A stretch of 64,000 nt of DNA from assembly GCA_963775685.1 (NCBI GenBank), contig CAVZJV010000005.1, forward strand, positions 64,001-128,000, in the 5' to 3' direction. Positions 10,601-20,316 of the stretch are shown piece after piece. The translations under genes and the position numbers were made by a program. The stretch comes from Candidatus Bathyarchaeota archaeon (GTDB lineage Archaea > Thermoproteota > Bathyarchaeia > Bathyarchaeales > Bathycorpusculaceae). Under the pieces are notes generated by a model that was not told where the DNA came from, searched no databases, and saw only the letters and a list, made by a program, of their open reading frames with translations. Within the stretch, counting starts at the first letter, position 1, and every line of letters begins with the position of its first letter.

Positions 10601-10924
10601 TACGACATATTCTTTGTAACCCGAATACGCGAAGAAGCACTCAAAGGAAACACAGACGATGAAGCCATAAAAACAGCCGTCGAAAAAGTTTGGGTAACCA
10701 TTCTGGGGTTGGGATTAGTTCTTGCCACCGTCTTTGCGTCCTTGATCATAACAGGCATCGCACTTTTGCAAGAAATCGCCTTAGCTGTATCAGCCGCCAT
10801 AATCATCGATGTTTTGGTGGTTATCCTGTTTTTTGTGCCTTCCCTGATGGGGTTAGCACAGAGACTTAACTGGTGGCCACATAAAACCTCAAAAACTCCA
10901 CAAGACACTACAGAAAACACCTAA
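7658..10924 (+). CDS. MmpL/RND family transporter
   Basis: 1088 aa with two membrane repeats carrying GLAVDY and GVGIDYDIF motifs and large extracytoplasmic loops. Confidence 0.9.
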   Translation: MTQLGRNLFDTLNKFIIKRHRLIIIAWIIALIVSLSLVPSFFGAVSYDITGGFAAPTNSQSEKTSHILKAQFPSSQNQSANSILLVVHGTQPYSDDLRKAILDLNQTISKDQSIVNFTGESSIYSTEYSLLNSSIPSILPQVDALENNISSINTGVYSLATNLAPLNANIFQTIEGINQTAQLVFGIPAAFVEVWQGITSQGLTDPYLANFQANVTAYQITNNFGDDPSSIGYYSAFFNVWNASFLSLPSNASSVQDREALAINQSVTLFLGNTQLDEQTKQIVTAVGSGLTVSSWSQSESITNLAKSTIASSIPSDLSTQLAITPQTLINQLYSLGAAPSNATILKYAINLTVNSMGNLTDSDIGFSPSQLVNEAVNLGSSPSFKQQWMLSCEFIANATQSAFVDSPLFSINSSSLATLLYVLPQRATLTEIDAAIENTIAYQNYVSYPYKPTHAITQNFVGTDNNTVLIILGFSSEPDVTSIAQIKSAVQNSELQNLGTTYVTGSPVLGRDIENTFIPALELTVGPAIAISLLIVGLLFLAPLAAIIPIILGGFSTVISLASIYFAVVIVGKGDITFLTPTLTILLLLGLAVDYAVLQLRRTREERQQGRSVEESVGLSVRWAGQAVLTAGITVIVAYIVMAVVNVPIFSDVGTAIAISVSILLAASLTLLPALEIALNDKIFWPGLGKNKNISSNSPRLRNLAKNILKKKKVIAILISGLALGAFYFEYTTPTGSDFLKLIPNFSSNQGLTVISNSFGGASISPTTIVVTTPTPVSYGKNQLNQTLMDQLELVAISVANSPNVVTVIGPTRPFGSSFNYSGLSSMSDTLKPQYESQIYSMIGKDNMTVRITVGLANESQSQIAMTSLLQMEKKINALVLIDGVTVNFGGETQSSIDSKAFMANLLPEVVVILSVAVYIILFVQLRSAFTPLRLIFTILCSVAFAIAILSAVFFYASNLPILDFAPLFVVVTMLGVGIDYDIFFVTRIREEALKGNTDDEAIKTAVEKVWVTILGLGLVLATVFASLIITGIALLQEIALAVSAAIIIDVLVVILFFVPSLMGLAQRLNWWPHKTSKTPQDTTENT

Positions 10925-11350
10925 TCAACTCTGTCTACCACCTTTTTGCAAGCTTCAACCATCTAAAGCATAGCCCCATCACATAGTTGCAATGAATGCG
11001 TAACAGGTAAATATTACCTGATTAACTAATTTTATTATTACCCTAAAGGAACATAAGAAAGCCCTGTGTGGTGGCGCAGAGAAGTTAATTATAGTTATTT
11101 CAACTGGCGTCTAATTTTTGTAATTGCTGGAGCAGCCACAACCTTTCAAGACCCTAACTTTCTGGGTTCAAGTCTTAGTTAAGTTACCCATTACTTCAAT
11201 TCATGGGACTTAAACAAATAGTCAAAGGCGGCATCTCTTCAGATGCATTCGTTGAGAAACAAGAACAAGGAAGGACTCATATTTAAAAGAATAATAAAAG
11301 AAAAACGGTCAATAACAAACTTCAAAGGGAAATAAAAATTCATGCCCTTC

Positions 11351-11600
11351 TTAAAGGACGAGTTCTGCGTCTGCACAACCGCTAATTAGGTTCGTTATTC
11401 TAATCTTTACATGTTCGTTAGCTTTGGCATTCTTTATGAAAACCGGAAAACCTTTGATTTTGGCGACGCCCTCCCCATTGGGACTCACATCTATAACATC
11501 CACGTCGAATTCTTCTCCAATTTCCATTGGATATTCAATGCCTCTGCCTCGGTTTTTGGCGTTTCTGGGGGTTCTTTTTTTGGGACTAAAAGCGCATCAT
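11351..11600 (-). CDS. Single-TRAM-domain RNA chaperone (one extra base near the 5' end)
   Basis: Manual translation ...PMEIGEEFDVDVIDVSPNGEGVAKIKGFPVFIKNAKANEHVKIRITNLISGCADAELVL*. The GAGGA-preceded ATG at 11600 is out of frame by one T in a T4 run. An in-frame ATG at 11527 would still give the whole domain. Confidence 0.8.
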
Positions 11601-11643
11601 TCCTCTTTCCAATACAATGTACTCTATCAACATAAGAGTTTTG

Positions 11644-12657
11644 TTATTCATCTAGATTTTTCAGCGTCTCCACCGCTTTTTCTGCCCACTGCGAATCCCC
11701 CCAAAACGCCCGCCCAACCGCTACCAAATCAATTTTGCCCTCACGCACCAGCATATCCGCATATTCGGGCTCTGTGATTCCGCCCACGCCGATAACTGGA
11801 ACTGTAACCGCCTTTTTAATCGTAGCAGCTTGCGGAACAAAATAGCCTTTAACTTGTCGTAGCTGCCTTGGTTCGCTGCCACACATGCCCCCGGAAACAT
11901 CCAGGATATCTACTCCAGATGCCTCGAGTCTCTTAGCGAACGTCACTGAATCTTCAATATGGGTTCCATATGGAGCTAAATCATCTGACCCTAACCTATA
12001 GAGCAATATTTTAGAGCCGAGGCATCTGCGCACTTTTTCGGCAACCAACAGCGGAAAACGCATCCTTTTCTCCAAAGAACCGCCAAACTCATCCTCACGC
12101 CTATTAAACAAAGGAGAATAAAACTGGTTTAACAGGTAGCCATGGGCGCCATGCAACTCAACCCCGTCAAACCCAGCCTTAACTGCACGCTCAGTCGCCA
12201 AAGCAAACTCATCAGCTAGTCTGAAAATTTCCGCTGCATCCAACATTCTGCTTTTATCTCTTGGGGAAGGACCTCCTGGTTCGACACCGATGACCCGTCG
12301 GTTCGTGACTGCGCCTGCATGTGAAATCTGCACGATTGCTGGTGCACCAACTTCATGCAGGGCGTTTGCGAGCTCTGCAAAACCGTCAATTACTGAGTCA
12401 TCGTGGATTCCGAGTTGTTTGGGTCCTATCTTCCCGGTGGGTGAAACATAAGAGTGCTCAACAATGGGTAACCCTAAAGCTGCTGAGCGGCGAACATAAA
12501 AGTTTATCAATCTGTTGGTTATTGCGCCCTCAAAGCTTGCTCTTCCCGTCTGCATAGGTGGCAAAACAATACGGTTGCGAAGAGTGTAACCCTTAACCTT
12601 TAAAGGCTCAAGTAAACCAAGCAAAGCAACACCGATGCAACAAAAAATAACCTGCAT
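11644..12657 (-). CDS. NADH:flavin oxidoreductase (old yellow enzyme family)
   Basis: LRNRIVLPPM, QISHAG, AGFDGVELHGAHGYLLNQF, NRREDEFGGS. The true start is probably about 10 codons downstream. Confidence 0.92.
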   Translation of the reverse strand: MQVIFCCIGVALLGLLEPLKVKGYTLRNRIVLPPMQTGRASFEGAITNRLINFYVRRSAALGLPIVEHSYVSPTGKIGPKQLGIHDDSVIDGFAELANALHEVGAPAIVQISHAGAVTNRRVIGVEPGGPSPRDKSRMLDAAEIFRLADEFALATERAVKAGFDGVELHGAHGYLLNQFYSPLFNRREDEFGGSLEKRMRFPLLVAEKVRRCLGSKILLYRLGSDDLAPYGTHIEDSVTFAKRLEASGVDILDVSGGMCGSEPRQLRQVKGYFVPQAATIKKAVTVPVIGVGGITEPEYADMLVREGKIDLVAVGRAFWGDSQWAEKAVETLKNLDE

Positions 12658-12804
12658 CTATATATGAACTTGCGGACGGAAAATTGAAAAAAGGCTGAAA
12701 ATGACGAGTTATGTTTTAGAAGAAATTTTTTATACTACATGCATCTGTTTGTATGTTGGGTAAACTCATTTCTTGCCCTAAAAAGTGTTTTAGGTTGAGT
12801 TTTT

Positions 12805-13545
12805 ATGGATGTCAAAGACAAAATAGCCATTATAACAGGAGCCTCATCTGGAATAGGGCTAGCAACTGCAAAACTACTCTCCATTAAGGGCGCCAAGGTG
12901 GCGCTGGTTTCACGTTCAAAAGACAAATTAGAGAATCTATCAAAAGAAATTCCCAACTCCATTGCAATTGCCGCTGATATGTCGAAGGTTTTTGAAGTCA
13001 AAAGGATGATTAAAGAAGTGTTTAACCGATTTGGCAAAATCGACTTGCTAATCAACAACGCTGGCGTTGGCTATGATGCTTTAACGGAAAAAATGGACCT
13101 TGACACCTTCCACTATATCTTCGACTTGGACTTGGTTGGACCAATCGCCGCGATGCAACAGGTTATTCCATTAATGAGGGCAGGGGGCGGAGGCACAATA
13201 GTTAACATAAGCTCAGCCGTTGCCTTGATGAACCTGGCAAACAACGCCCCTTACGCCTCAATAAAACGTGCCCTGTCAGTTGTAAGTTTAACCGCCAGAG
13301 AAGAACTCAAAAAAGAGAACATAACTGTAAGCGTAGTCTACCCCTACATTACACTTACCAACTTTGAAAGAAACACCATCCGAGACGTCCCAGTGCCCGA
13401 GAGCGAACTAGAACCTCACGGTCCATTCCCGCCTGACCCCGCAGAATACGCAGCGCATAAGATTATGGAAGGCATAGAAAGCGGTGAAGCGGAAATTTTC
13501 GCCCATGACTGGATAAGAGATAGGGCTCTAGGAAAAATTCATTAA
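12805..13545 (+). CDS. Short-chain dehydrogenase/reductase
   Basis: TGASSGIG, NNAG, NISS and YASIK motifs. Confidence 0.92.
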   Translation: MDVKDKIAIITGASSGIGLATAKLLSIKGAKVALVSRSKDKLENLSKEIPNSIAIAADMSKVFEVKRMIKEVFNRFGKIDLLINNAGVGYDALTEKMDLDTFHYIFDLDLVGPIAAMQQVIPLMRAGGGGTIVNISSAVALMNLANNAPYASIKRALSVVSLTAREELKKENITVSVVYPYITLTNFERNTIRDVPVPESELEPHGPFPPDPAEYAAHKIMEGIESGEAEIFAHDWIRDRALGKIH

Positions 13546-13557
13546 AAAAGAGCCTAC

Positions 13558-13580
13558 TTCATTCACCTTTTTTGAATGAA
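13558..13580. terminator. Short inverted repeat between convergent genes
   Basis: TTCATTCA-ccttttt-TGAATGAA just after the SDR stop. Confidence 0.3.
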
Positions 13581-13701
13581 CCTTCAAGCGGGAACATTCT
13601 GAGTTATTGTAATAACTAAAACACATACAATGAAAACTGCTACAATTACCCATTCTCCATCGAAAAGGTTCATGAAGATAAAACTGACACCGAAAGCAGA
13701 G

Positions 13702-14235
13702 TTAGGTATACTTTTCCAAGATTTCGCTGATTATATTCATGTTTCGAGTAGTTGCCTTCATTTTCAACTTTGACTCCAAAAAAGAATTAGGCAAAGCACC
13801 TTCGCCGCCACCGTGAGTCACACTAAAAACTTCAGTGCCCTTCGCCGAAATTACTTGCGCAGTGGATTTTGGAATTGTTAAGGGCAATTGAAGAGGGGAA
13901 GTGGTTGGCGCAGTTGCTAGAAAAGTCACCAGAAAACTTGCGCCTTCTCTGCTTTGACCTTTGAACTGGTCAAGATTGATTATGCCTTCGAGCTGGGAAA
14001 ATGTCCGTACAAACACGGCAACCGTGTATCCTAAGTCGTCAAAGAGTTTTTCTTCGATTTGGGCTTTCACTTCTTGAGAATCCGGAGAGTCAGCCTCAAA
14101 AACTACATTGCCGCTTTGTTTGTGAGTGGAAACGTTTTTGAAGCCTAAAGAAGTGAAGGCTTCTTTTAGTTTTTCTTTTACAACAATGTGTCCGCCCACA
14201 TTGATTGCTCTCAGGAAAGCCACAAAGCGATACAT
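13702..14235 (-). CDS. DUF1697 family protein
   Basis: FLRAINVGG, QSGNVVF and C-terminal TTRN motifs. Confidence 0.85.
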   Translation of the reverse strand: MYRFVAFLRAINVGGHIVVKEKLKEAFTSLGFKNVSTHKQSGNVVFEADSPDSQEVKAQIEEKLFDDLGYTVAVFVRTFSQLEGIINLDQFKGQSREGASFLVTFLATAPTTSPLQLPLTIPKSTAQVISAKGTEVFSVTHGGGEGALPNSFLESKLKMKATTRNMNIISEILEKYT

Positions 14236-14293
14236 AAAAAACCAGTGAAAGGGCACGCTTATAAAAATTTGTTTTTAGCCATGTGTCAGCGGT

Positions 14294-15403
14294 TTGATGT
14301 TTTTTAACGAATACAATAGCTTTTTTAATCAACGTTTCACCCTTATTTTGCGGTGTATTAAAACGGAAGAAGCTGATGTCTGGACTCCCATGGATGGAGA
14401 CACGTTTGTTACAAAAGACGGTTTTATCATGAACACGTTTGGGTACGAGCACCCTGACGACAGAGTTTTCGCGTTCCTCAAATACATCCCCGCTCAATAC
14501 AAGGGATTATTCGATGTTGAAATGCTCACTAGGACATGGCGGTTTGGCACAAACCCGCTTACTAGCCAACTGTTCCGTGCAGAAAAACTCTACACCGCCA
14601 AAAACTACCAAACCTTCATCGAAGCCTTCCGCAAAACCTTCCCAAGTTACCTCTATTTTGACCAGACACGCGGCAAAGAACTCATAACTGCCCCACTAGA
14701 CGCGATTGAACAGGTTTTCGTTCCCAAAGACCGCCTTGTTTGGCTCCAGACCCTTAAAAACCCAGATAGACTCCAAGCCATGTCACTTCGACTAATCGAT
14801 TTAATCTCCAAAGAGTCAGGTGTCCCCTGCAGCGACCTGGGCATCCACGGCTCCATTGCCCTGGAAATGCATGCACCAGAATCAGACATCGACTTTGTCG
14901 TCTATGGCTCAAACAACTTCCGAGTTGTCGAAGATGCCATACAACGGCTCGTAAACGAAAACAAGCTCACCTACATCGCGGGCAACCGCATTGAAGCCGC
15001 GCGAAAGTTCGTGGGCAAGTATCAGGGCAAAATCTGGATGTACAACGCAACCAAAAAACCCGAGGAAATCAAAACCCTTTATGGAGATTATACTTTCACC
15101 CCGCTAGCACAGCTCCGTTTTACAGCAACCGTTTGCGACGAAACAGAAACCATGTATCGACCAGCAATCTACCGAATTAGCAACTATCAACCCCAAGACC
15201 AACAAAGCGAAATCAGCCTCGAACAAACCCCAACCATTGTGACCTCAAACATAGGTTGCTACCGAAACGTCGCAAGAGCAGGACAGCAAATTAAAGTTGC
15301 AGGAACACTGGAGAAAGCCCAAAGCACAAAAGACGGCAGCGTCTTCTACCAAGCCGTCGTGGGAACAGCCACCTCGGAAGAAGAGTACATATGGCCAATC
15401 TAA
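14294..15403 (+). CDS. Pol-beta-superfamily nucleotidyltransferase, paralog 1 (COG1665-like)
   Basis: GIHGS...SDIDFVVYG motif, N-terminal GYEHP and a beta-rich C-terminal domain. Start uncertain. Confidence 0.8.
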   Translation: MMFFNEYNSFFNQRFTLILRCIKTEEADVWTPMDGDTFVTKDGFIMNTFGYEHPDDRVFAFLKYIPAQYKGLFDVEMLTRTWRFGTNPLTSQLFRAEKLYTAKNYQTFIEAFRKTFPSYLYFDQTRGKELITAPLDAIEQVFVPKDRLVWLQTLKNPDRLQAMSLRLIDLISKESGVPCSDLGIHGSIALEMHAPESDIDFVVYGSNNFRVVEDAIQRLVNENKLTYIAGNRIEAARKFVGKYQGKIWMYNATKKPEEIKTLYGDYTFTPLAQLRFTATVCDETETMYRPAIYRISNYQPQDQQSEISLEQTPTIVTSNIGCYRNVARAGQQIKVAGTLEKAQSTKDGSVFYQAVVGTATSEEEYIWPI

Positions 15404-16464
15404 AACTGCGTGATCGCGATGCCATCCAAACCGCAGAAGGCATAATTTTCCGTGTCTTCGGTTATAGCCACCCACAAAACTCCTACATATGCGACGCGGA
15501 ATACGCCTCATCCAAAATTTTTCATTCAAAAGATCCACGTGCACCAAGAACAGGAAGAAGGGAACTCTTCTACAAATTCTACAACGACGAAGGCATGAAA
15601 CTCGTCACCGAAAAATACCCACATTACCTTGTTTTGCATGAGATGCTGGGCCTAAAAATCGTTGGAGTACCACGTAATTTAATTGCACAAGCTAGACGAC
15701 CGCAGCCTCGCCTACAAGAACTACTTAAAGCAGGACCAACGGATTCACTGCTGGCAGCGATGGAACATGTTCTGGATTTAGCAACTCAAAAATCAGGAGT
15801 AACCGCCAAAAGTTTCGGGGTCTTCGGCTCGATGCTACATGGATTCCACCACCCAAAGTTCTCTGACATAGATTTTACCATTTACGGTAAAACTGAAAAT
15901 GTCAAAATGTGCCAAACCATGGCAGAATTATACGCTGACAACAGTTCAGGTTTAAGAAACGAGTTTGAATCCAACGATGCGATGAAGGGCAAAGATTGGC
16001 GATTCAAAAATTTTGATGTTGAAGATTTTGTTTGGCATCAGCGTCGCAAAATGATTTATGGCCTATACGACGACACCAAACACAGCGGCAGGGTAATAAA
16101 AGCCGAATTTGAACCCGTGAAAGCTTGGAGTGAAATCAAAAACGAATACGACCCACAAGCACACATCATGCAGAAAGGCTGGGTTAAACTAAAAGCCCGC
16201 GTCACCAAGGACGATGAGGCACCTTTTATTCCATCAATCTATGGTATCGAGCCCATTGAAGTTTTGGCTGGTCCTAAGGAGGCGCTTAAAGTGATACGGA
16301 TTTTCTCATACATGGAAGAGTTCAGGCAGCAGACAAAAAAAGACGAAACCGTGATCGTTGAGGGCAACCTAGAAGAAGTACAGTTGCCAGTGGGAAGCTT
16401 TTGGCAGATAACGTTGACCTATTGCCCATGCTACTACGAACAGGTCCTTAAAGTGTTGCACTAA
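15391..16464 (+). CDS. Pol-beta-superfamily nucleotidyltransferase, paralog 2
   Basis: GVFGS...SDIDFTIYG and GYSHP. Overlaps the end of paralog 1. Confidence 0.8.
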   Translation: MANLKLRDRDAIQTAEGIIFRVFGYSHPQNSYICDAEYASSKIFHSKDPRAPRTGRRELFYKFYNDEGMKLVTEKYPHYLVLHEMLGLKIVGVPRNLIAQARRPQPRLQELLKAGPTDSLLAAMEHVLDLATQKSGVTAKSFGVFGSMLHGFHHPKFSDIDFTIYGKTENVKMCQTMAELYADNSSGLRNEFESNDAMKGKDWRFKNFDVEDFVWHQRRKMIYGLYDDTKHSGRVIKAEFEPVKAWSEIKNEYDPQAHIMQKGWVKLKARVTKDDEAPFIPSIYGIEPIEVLAGPKEALKVIRIFSYMEEFRQQTKKDETVIVEGNLEEVQLPVGSFWQITLTYCPCYYEQVLKVLH

Positions 16465-17478
16465 TGCAGAAGCACCATGTAATCGGACGGCTTGCTACCA
16501 ATAATTAGGCGGTAATGTTCACGCCCGCTTTTCTTGGCGGTTACAAGCTCCACTTTTCCCTGTGCCTCAACTTTTTCGTCTACTACCGCTTGTTCACAGA
16601 ATCTACCGCGAAAAGAAACGATTTCCTCGATTGGCGCCAATTTGGGTCCTTCAACAGTTGCCACTTCATGGAACTTGTAAGAGCAGGGCGTGAATAGTGA
16701 ATCGGATGCATCAGCTATCTTGGCGGTTATTTTTGCGTAGCCACTATTGCTATAGCACACCTCGCCATACTGCTCGATAGTTTCAGCCCAATCTTTCACG
16801 AAGCGTATGAAGTAGTCCGTGCCCATGAACATGCCCTGGAAAGCTTTGCGGCTTTCGACTAAAACAAAGTCTTCGAAGCTCATCTGGGTATCCTTCGAAC
16901 GGAAATCGAAGAGAGTCTGGAGCTCCTCACTGGCTGTAGGGTTTGAATCCTGAATCCTCCTCTTTTAGCAGTTCCTTCAGGGCAACGTAAGCTTTGTGGC
17001 TGTTCTTTACGCCGTAAACCAGCGGGTCGATATCTGATTTCTCAGTTGTTAAACCCGCCATTATCGAACCAGAAATGCCAATCGCACTCCATGAGATCCC
17101 TGCTTTTTCTTTTAACGCTGTCGCAAGATGTAGCCCTTTGCTTTCTAAGGCATTGAGGGTTTTGGATTTGCGCAATTCTGCAAGTTTCTCGGTCGGCAGA
17201 TAATGTTCAGCTATTTGCTCTATGGGGACCTCACACATTGTCTCCCCAAACACAGGGTCAAAAATGATGAGGTCTGGATGGTTCTTCCGCAAGTACTCGA
17301 ATCGGTCGCTTAGGCTGTAAACTTTGCCATAAAGCCCATCTTTGCTCCTTCGTATGCCTTCAGGCGAAGGGATGAAACGGGGAAACGCGACGATCTTGTT
17401 TGGTGGATGAACCAGGCCTTTAACATCGAAAACTACATTGCTTTTGGTTTTGACCAGGTCGCCTTCGCGTGCAATCAT
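16461..17478 (-). CDS. Pol-beta-superfamily nucleotidyltransferase, paralog 3 (split by a +1 frameshift near 16932)
   Basis: GLVHP and GISGS...SDIDPLVYG. Removing one base at about 16932 joins 16927..17478 to 16461..16883 (YSSEELQTLFDFRSKDTQMSFE). Confidence 0.78.
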
Positions 17479-17549
17479 GTCAATCAGGGCTTGTAGTTTT
17501 CAAAACTTTAATAAACCTTTTTAAAACCACATAGAGTCGGAGCATTCCG

Positions 17550-18497
17550 ATGAGCAACTGCAAAAAAGCCCAGCACATTTCAAAGTGCCTTCAGCTGGCG
17601 ATAATGCTTGAAGTCAGCGCCCAAAAACCAGGCAACGTCAGCTTCACCTCCAGCTTTGAAAAAACAAGGGTGGAGCATTTTTTGGCTTCAGCGGTTGCAG
17701 CGGGACCAAATTTTCAGGAAGCAGCATATCTTGGAACAAAAGTCGCAGAGAAGAGGCTTGATGCTGGCAAAGTTGGAGTGGGGCAACTTATCAAAGACTG
17801 CGCATTAGATGTTAAGGCTTGGCAGAGGGGCGGAAACACAATCTTAGGCACCGTTATGCTTTTTATTCCCATTGCAGTTGCCGCAGGAATGACACCTACA
17901 AAGGAAAATTACGCCTTTAATTTCTTTGAGATACGCAAAAACATCGATTTAGCAGTTAAATCAACCACAGCTTGGGATTCGGTTCATCTCTACGAAGCTG
18001 TTGATATCGCGAGCCCAAGTGGACTTGGCGAGGCACCAGACCTTGATGTTTCTGATCCTGCGTCTAAAGAAAGGTTGCTAACAGATAATATTGGGTTGTT
18101 TGAGGTTTTCAAAATCGCCCAAGGATACGACGACATATGCTACGAATGGGTCAACAACTACTCCATAACCTTTGACTTATCATACCCATATCTGATGAAA
18201 CAACTTGAAAACAAGCCCCTTAACAATGCGGTCGTCCACACTTTCCTTAAAATCCTCTCAGAGCGCGCCGACACCTTCATCGCCCGCAAAGTTAGCAAAC
18301 AAAAAGCTCTTGAAGTCTCACAAGAGGCAAAGGCAATTTTGGCGATAGGAGGCTTAGACACCGCTGAAGGGAAAAATAGCCTCACTGAGTTTGATCGGAC
18401 CCTTCGCTCATCTGGCAACTCCTGCAATCCAGGCACTACAGCAGACCTAACCGCGGTGGCATTGGCACTCTGTACCCTAAGCGGATACAGACCATAA
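17550..18497 (+). CDS. citG: CitG-like triphosphoribosyl transferase (H4MPT-linked type)
   Basis: LEV..KPGNV, GNTILG, DTFIARK and NPGTTADL motifs. Confidence 0.85.
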   Translation: MSNCKKAQHISKCLQLAIMLEVSAQKPGNVSFTSSFEKTRVEHFLASAVAAGPNFQEAAYLGTKVAEKRLDAGKVGVGQLIKDCALDVKAWQRGGNTILGTVMLFIPIAVAAGMTPTKENYAFNFFEIRKNIDLAVKSTTAWDSVHLYEAVDIASPSGLGEAPDLDVSDPASKERLLTDNIGLFEVFKIAQGYDDICYEWVNNYSITFDLSYPYLMKQLENKPLNNAVVHTFLKILSERADTFIARKVSKQKALEVSQEAKAILAIGGLDTAEGKNSLTEFDRTLRSSGNSCNPGTTADLTAVALALCTLSGYRP

Positions 18498-18569
18498 CAT
18501 TCCATTAACTCTGACGGTACCTTTAATATTTAAAAACCCGCCTGTAAAAGTACTCTAAGGTGAACGTTT

Positions 18570-19535
18570 ATGGGTAAAGCACTTAGCATAAACCAAATGG
18601 CTTGGAATATAGCGCAAAAATTTATCGATAACCCTGAATTCTACTGTGTTACAGTTTCAAAATCGGCTGCTGGAGCCACAATCATCGATTCAGGCGTAAA
18701 TGCCCCAGGCGGCTTTCAAGCAGGGAAAAAACTAACTGAACTTTGTCTAGGCGGCGCCGGCAAAGCGCAATTGGGCTTCAAAACTTATGGCGACCTAACT
18801 TTCCCATCCATCACTGTTACCTCAGATCATCCAGCGATTGCCATGTTGGGCTCTCAGTTTGCAGGGTGGCGCATCAAAGAACCAGACGGCTCCATAGCCA
18901 TAGGTTCAGGTCCCATCCGCGCCCTTGCGCTTAAACCCAAAGACATTTTCGAAGAGATAGCCTACAAGGACATAAGCGACAAAGCTGTCATCACACTGGA
19001 AAGCAACGTTTTACCTTCTGACGCGCTCATAGAAAAAGTGACAACTACCAGCGGTGTCTCAGCGCAGAACCTGATTGCAGTTGTCGCTCCAACCGCAAGC
19101 ATCGCAGGCTTAACTCAAGTTGCGGGTAGAGTAGTTGAAGTGGGCATCCATAAACTCCGTACTCTTGGTTTAAGCTCAAAGGTTATTCGTTATGCGATGG
19201 GTTACTGTCCAATTCCACCCGTTGGCATGGACTTTGAGGTTGCTATGGCAAGAACCAACGACACCATACTCTATGGTGGAACAGTCTATCTCACAGTTGA
19301 CTTTGACGATGAAGTTGCGCTTCAAAACATTATCAACCAAGCACCATCAATGGCTTCCAAAGATTACGGCAAGCCGTTCCTGCAGATTTTCCGCGAAGCC
19401 GACAAAGACTTCTACAAAATCGACCATGGCTTATTCGCCCCCGCTTTTTTAATGATTAATAATGCAAAAACAGGCAAAACTTTCAAAGCGGGAAAAATAA
19501 ACCCTAAGGTACTGGCAGAATCCTTAGGATTCTAA
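18570..19535 (+). CDS. mch: Methenyltetrahydromethanopterin cyclohydrolase
   Basis: CLGG, GSQFAGW, GSGPIRALA, APTASIAG..QV.GRVVE, RTND..LYGG, YGKPF and FYKID..LFAPA motifs. Confidence 0.95.
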   Translation: MGKALSINQMAWNIAQKFIDNPEFYCVTVSKSAAGATIIDSGVNAPGGFQAGKKLTELCLGGAGKAQLGFKTYGDLTFPSITVTSDHPAIAMLGSQFAGWRIKEPDGSIAIGSGPIRALALKPKDIFEEIAYKDISDKAVITLESNVLPSDALIEKVTTTSGVSAQNLIAVVAPTASIAGLTQVAGRVVEVGIHKLRTLGLSSKVIRYAMGYCPIPPVGMDFEVAMARTNDTILYGGTVYLTVDFDDEVALQNIINQAPSMASKDYGKPFLQIFREADKDFYKIDHGLFAPAFLMINNAKTGKTFKAGKINPKVLAESLGF

Positions 19536-19542
19536 ATTTTCT

Positions 19543-20178
19543 TCATTTTTGTGTTGGAACCGGACATTTTTCTACCTGTGGCATCGTTATATGCAGGACT
19601 TTTTGAACCCTGTGTGCAATCAACCAGCCTATCGGAATTGTATACAGCGCAAGAGTTGCGTTGAAGAAGGCGGCAAATGGTAGATATGCAATTGTTAATG
19701 CTTGGTCGAAGCCGAAGCTTTTGAAGCCTATTGGTGCTTCCTGAGGAAGCGCAAAGTATAGAACAAGTGACATGAATGCCACCCTGGTTAAGATCCCTAA
19801 GGTTGTTGCGACTGCCGCCCATTTGGCTTTAGAGAGTATATTCGTGTCTGGGTTTTTTGAGCAGAAAAATCTTTTGCCTAATGCTACCGCAGCAAAAATT
19901 CCAACTTGCATGGATAAGGTTGCGGCGAGGTTGTAGATTGGACCTGTAGGTAAGGCGCCGGGGAAGATTGCGAATAAGACAGCGGTATTCAAGAGTGATA
20001 CTCCTATTCCGGCTACTGGGCTGATTATTAGGAATGCGATTACTATGGGGATTTCCCATATTTGATAGATGAGCCCTTGCGCGAAGGGTGCAGCAAAGCT
20101 GATGTAGGTAAATGTTGGGTTTAGGGCTATTGCTAGGGCTGCGAAGACGATTGTTAGTGACAGCTTTTTAGTGTCCAA
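19543..20178 (-). CDS. ECF-transporter S-component-like membrane protein
   Basis: About 6 TM helices with an N-terminal AxxxA pattern and 'YQIWEIP'. Confidence 0.55.
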   Translation of the reverse strand: MDTKKLSLTIVFAALAIALNPTFTYISFAAPFAQGLIYQIWEIPIVIAFLIISPVAGIGVSLLNTAVLFAIFPGALPTGPIYNLAATLSMQVGIFAAVALGKRFFCSKNPDTNILSKAKWAAVATTLGILTRVAFMSLVLYFALPQEAPIGFKSFGFDQALTIAYLPFAAFFNATLALYTIPIGWLIAHRVQKVLHITMPQVEKCPVPTQK

Positions 20179-20316
20179 GATGTTTTCCTCTTAGGCTTGT
20201 TTTAACAGTTGTTACCTATTTAAGAGTAGCTACCCAAAATAGAGTACAAAATTGTGTACAAATCGGGCTAAAATTGATAAACAAGCCAACAAATAAAGTA
20301 GTACAGTGAAGCAGTA

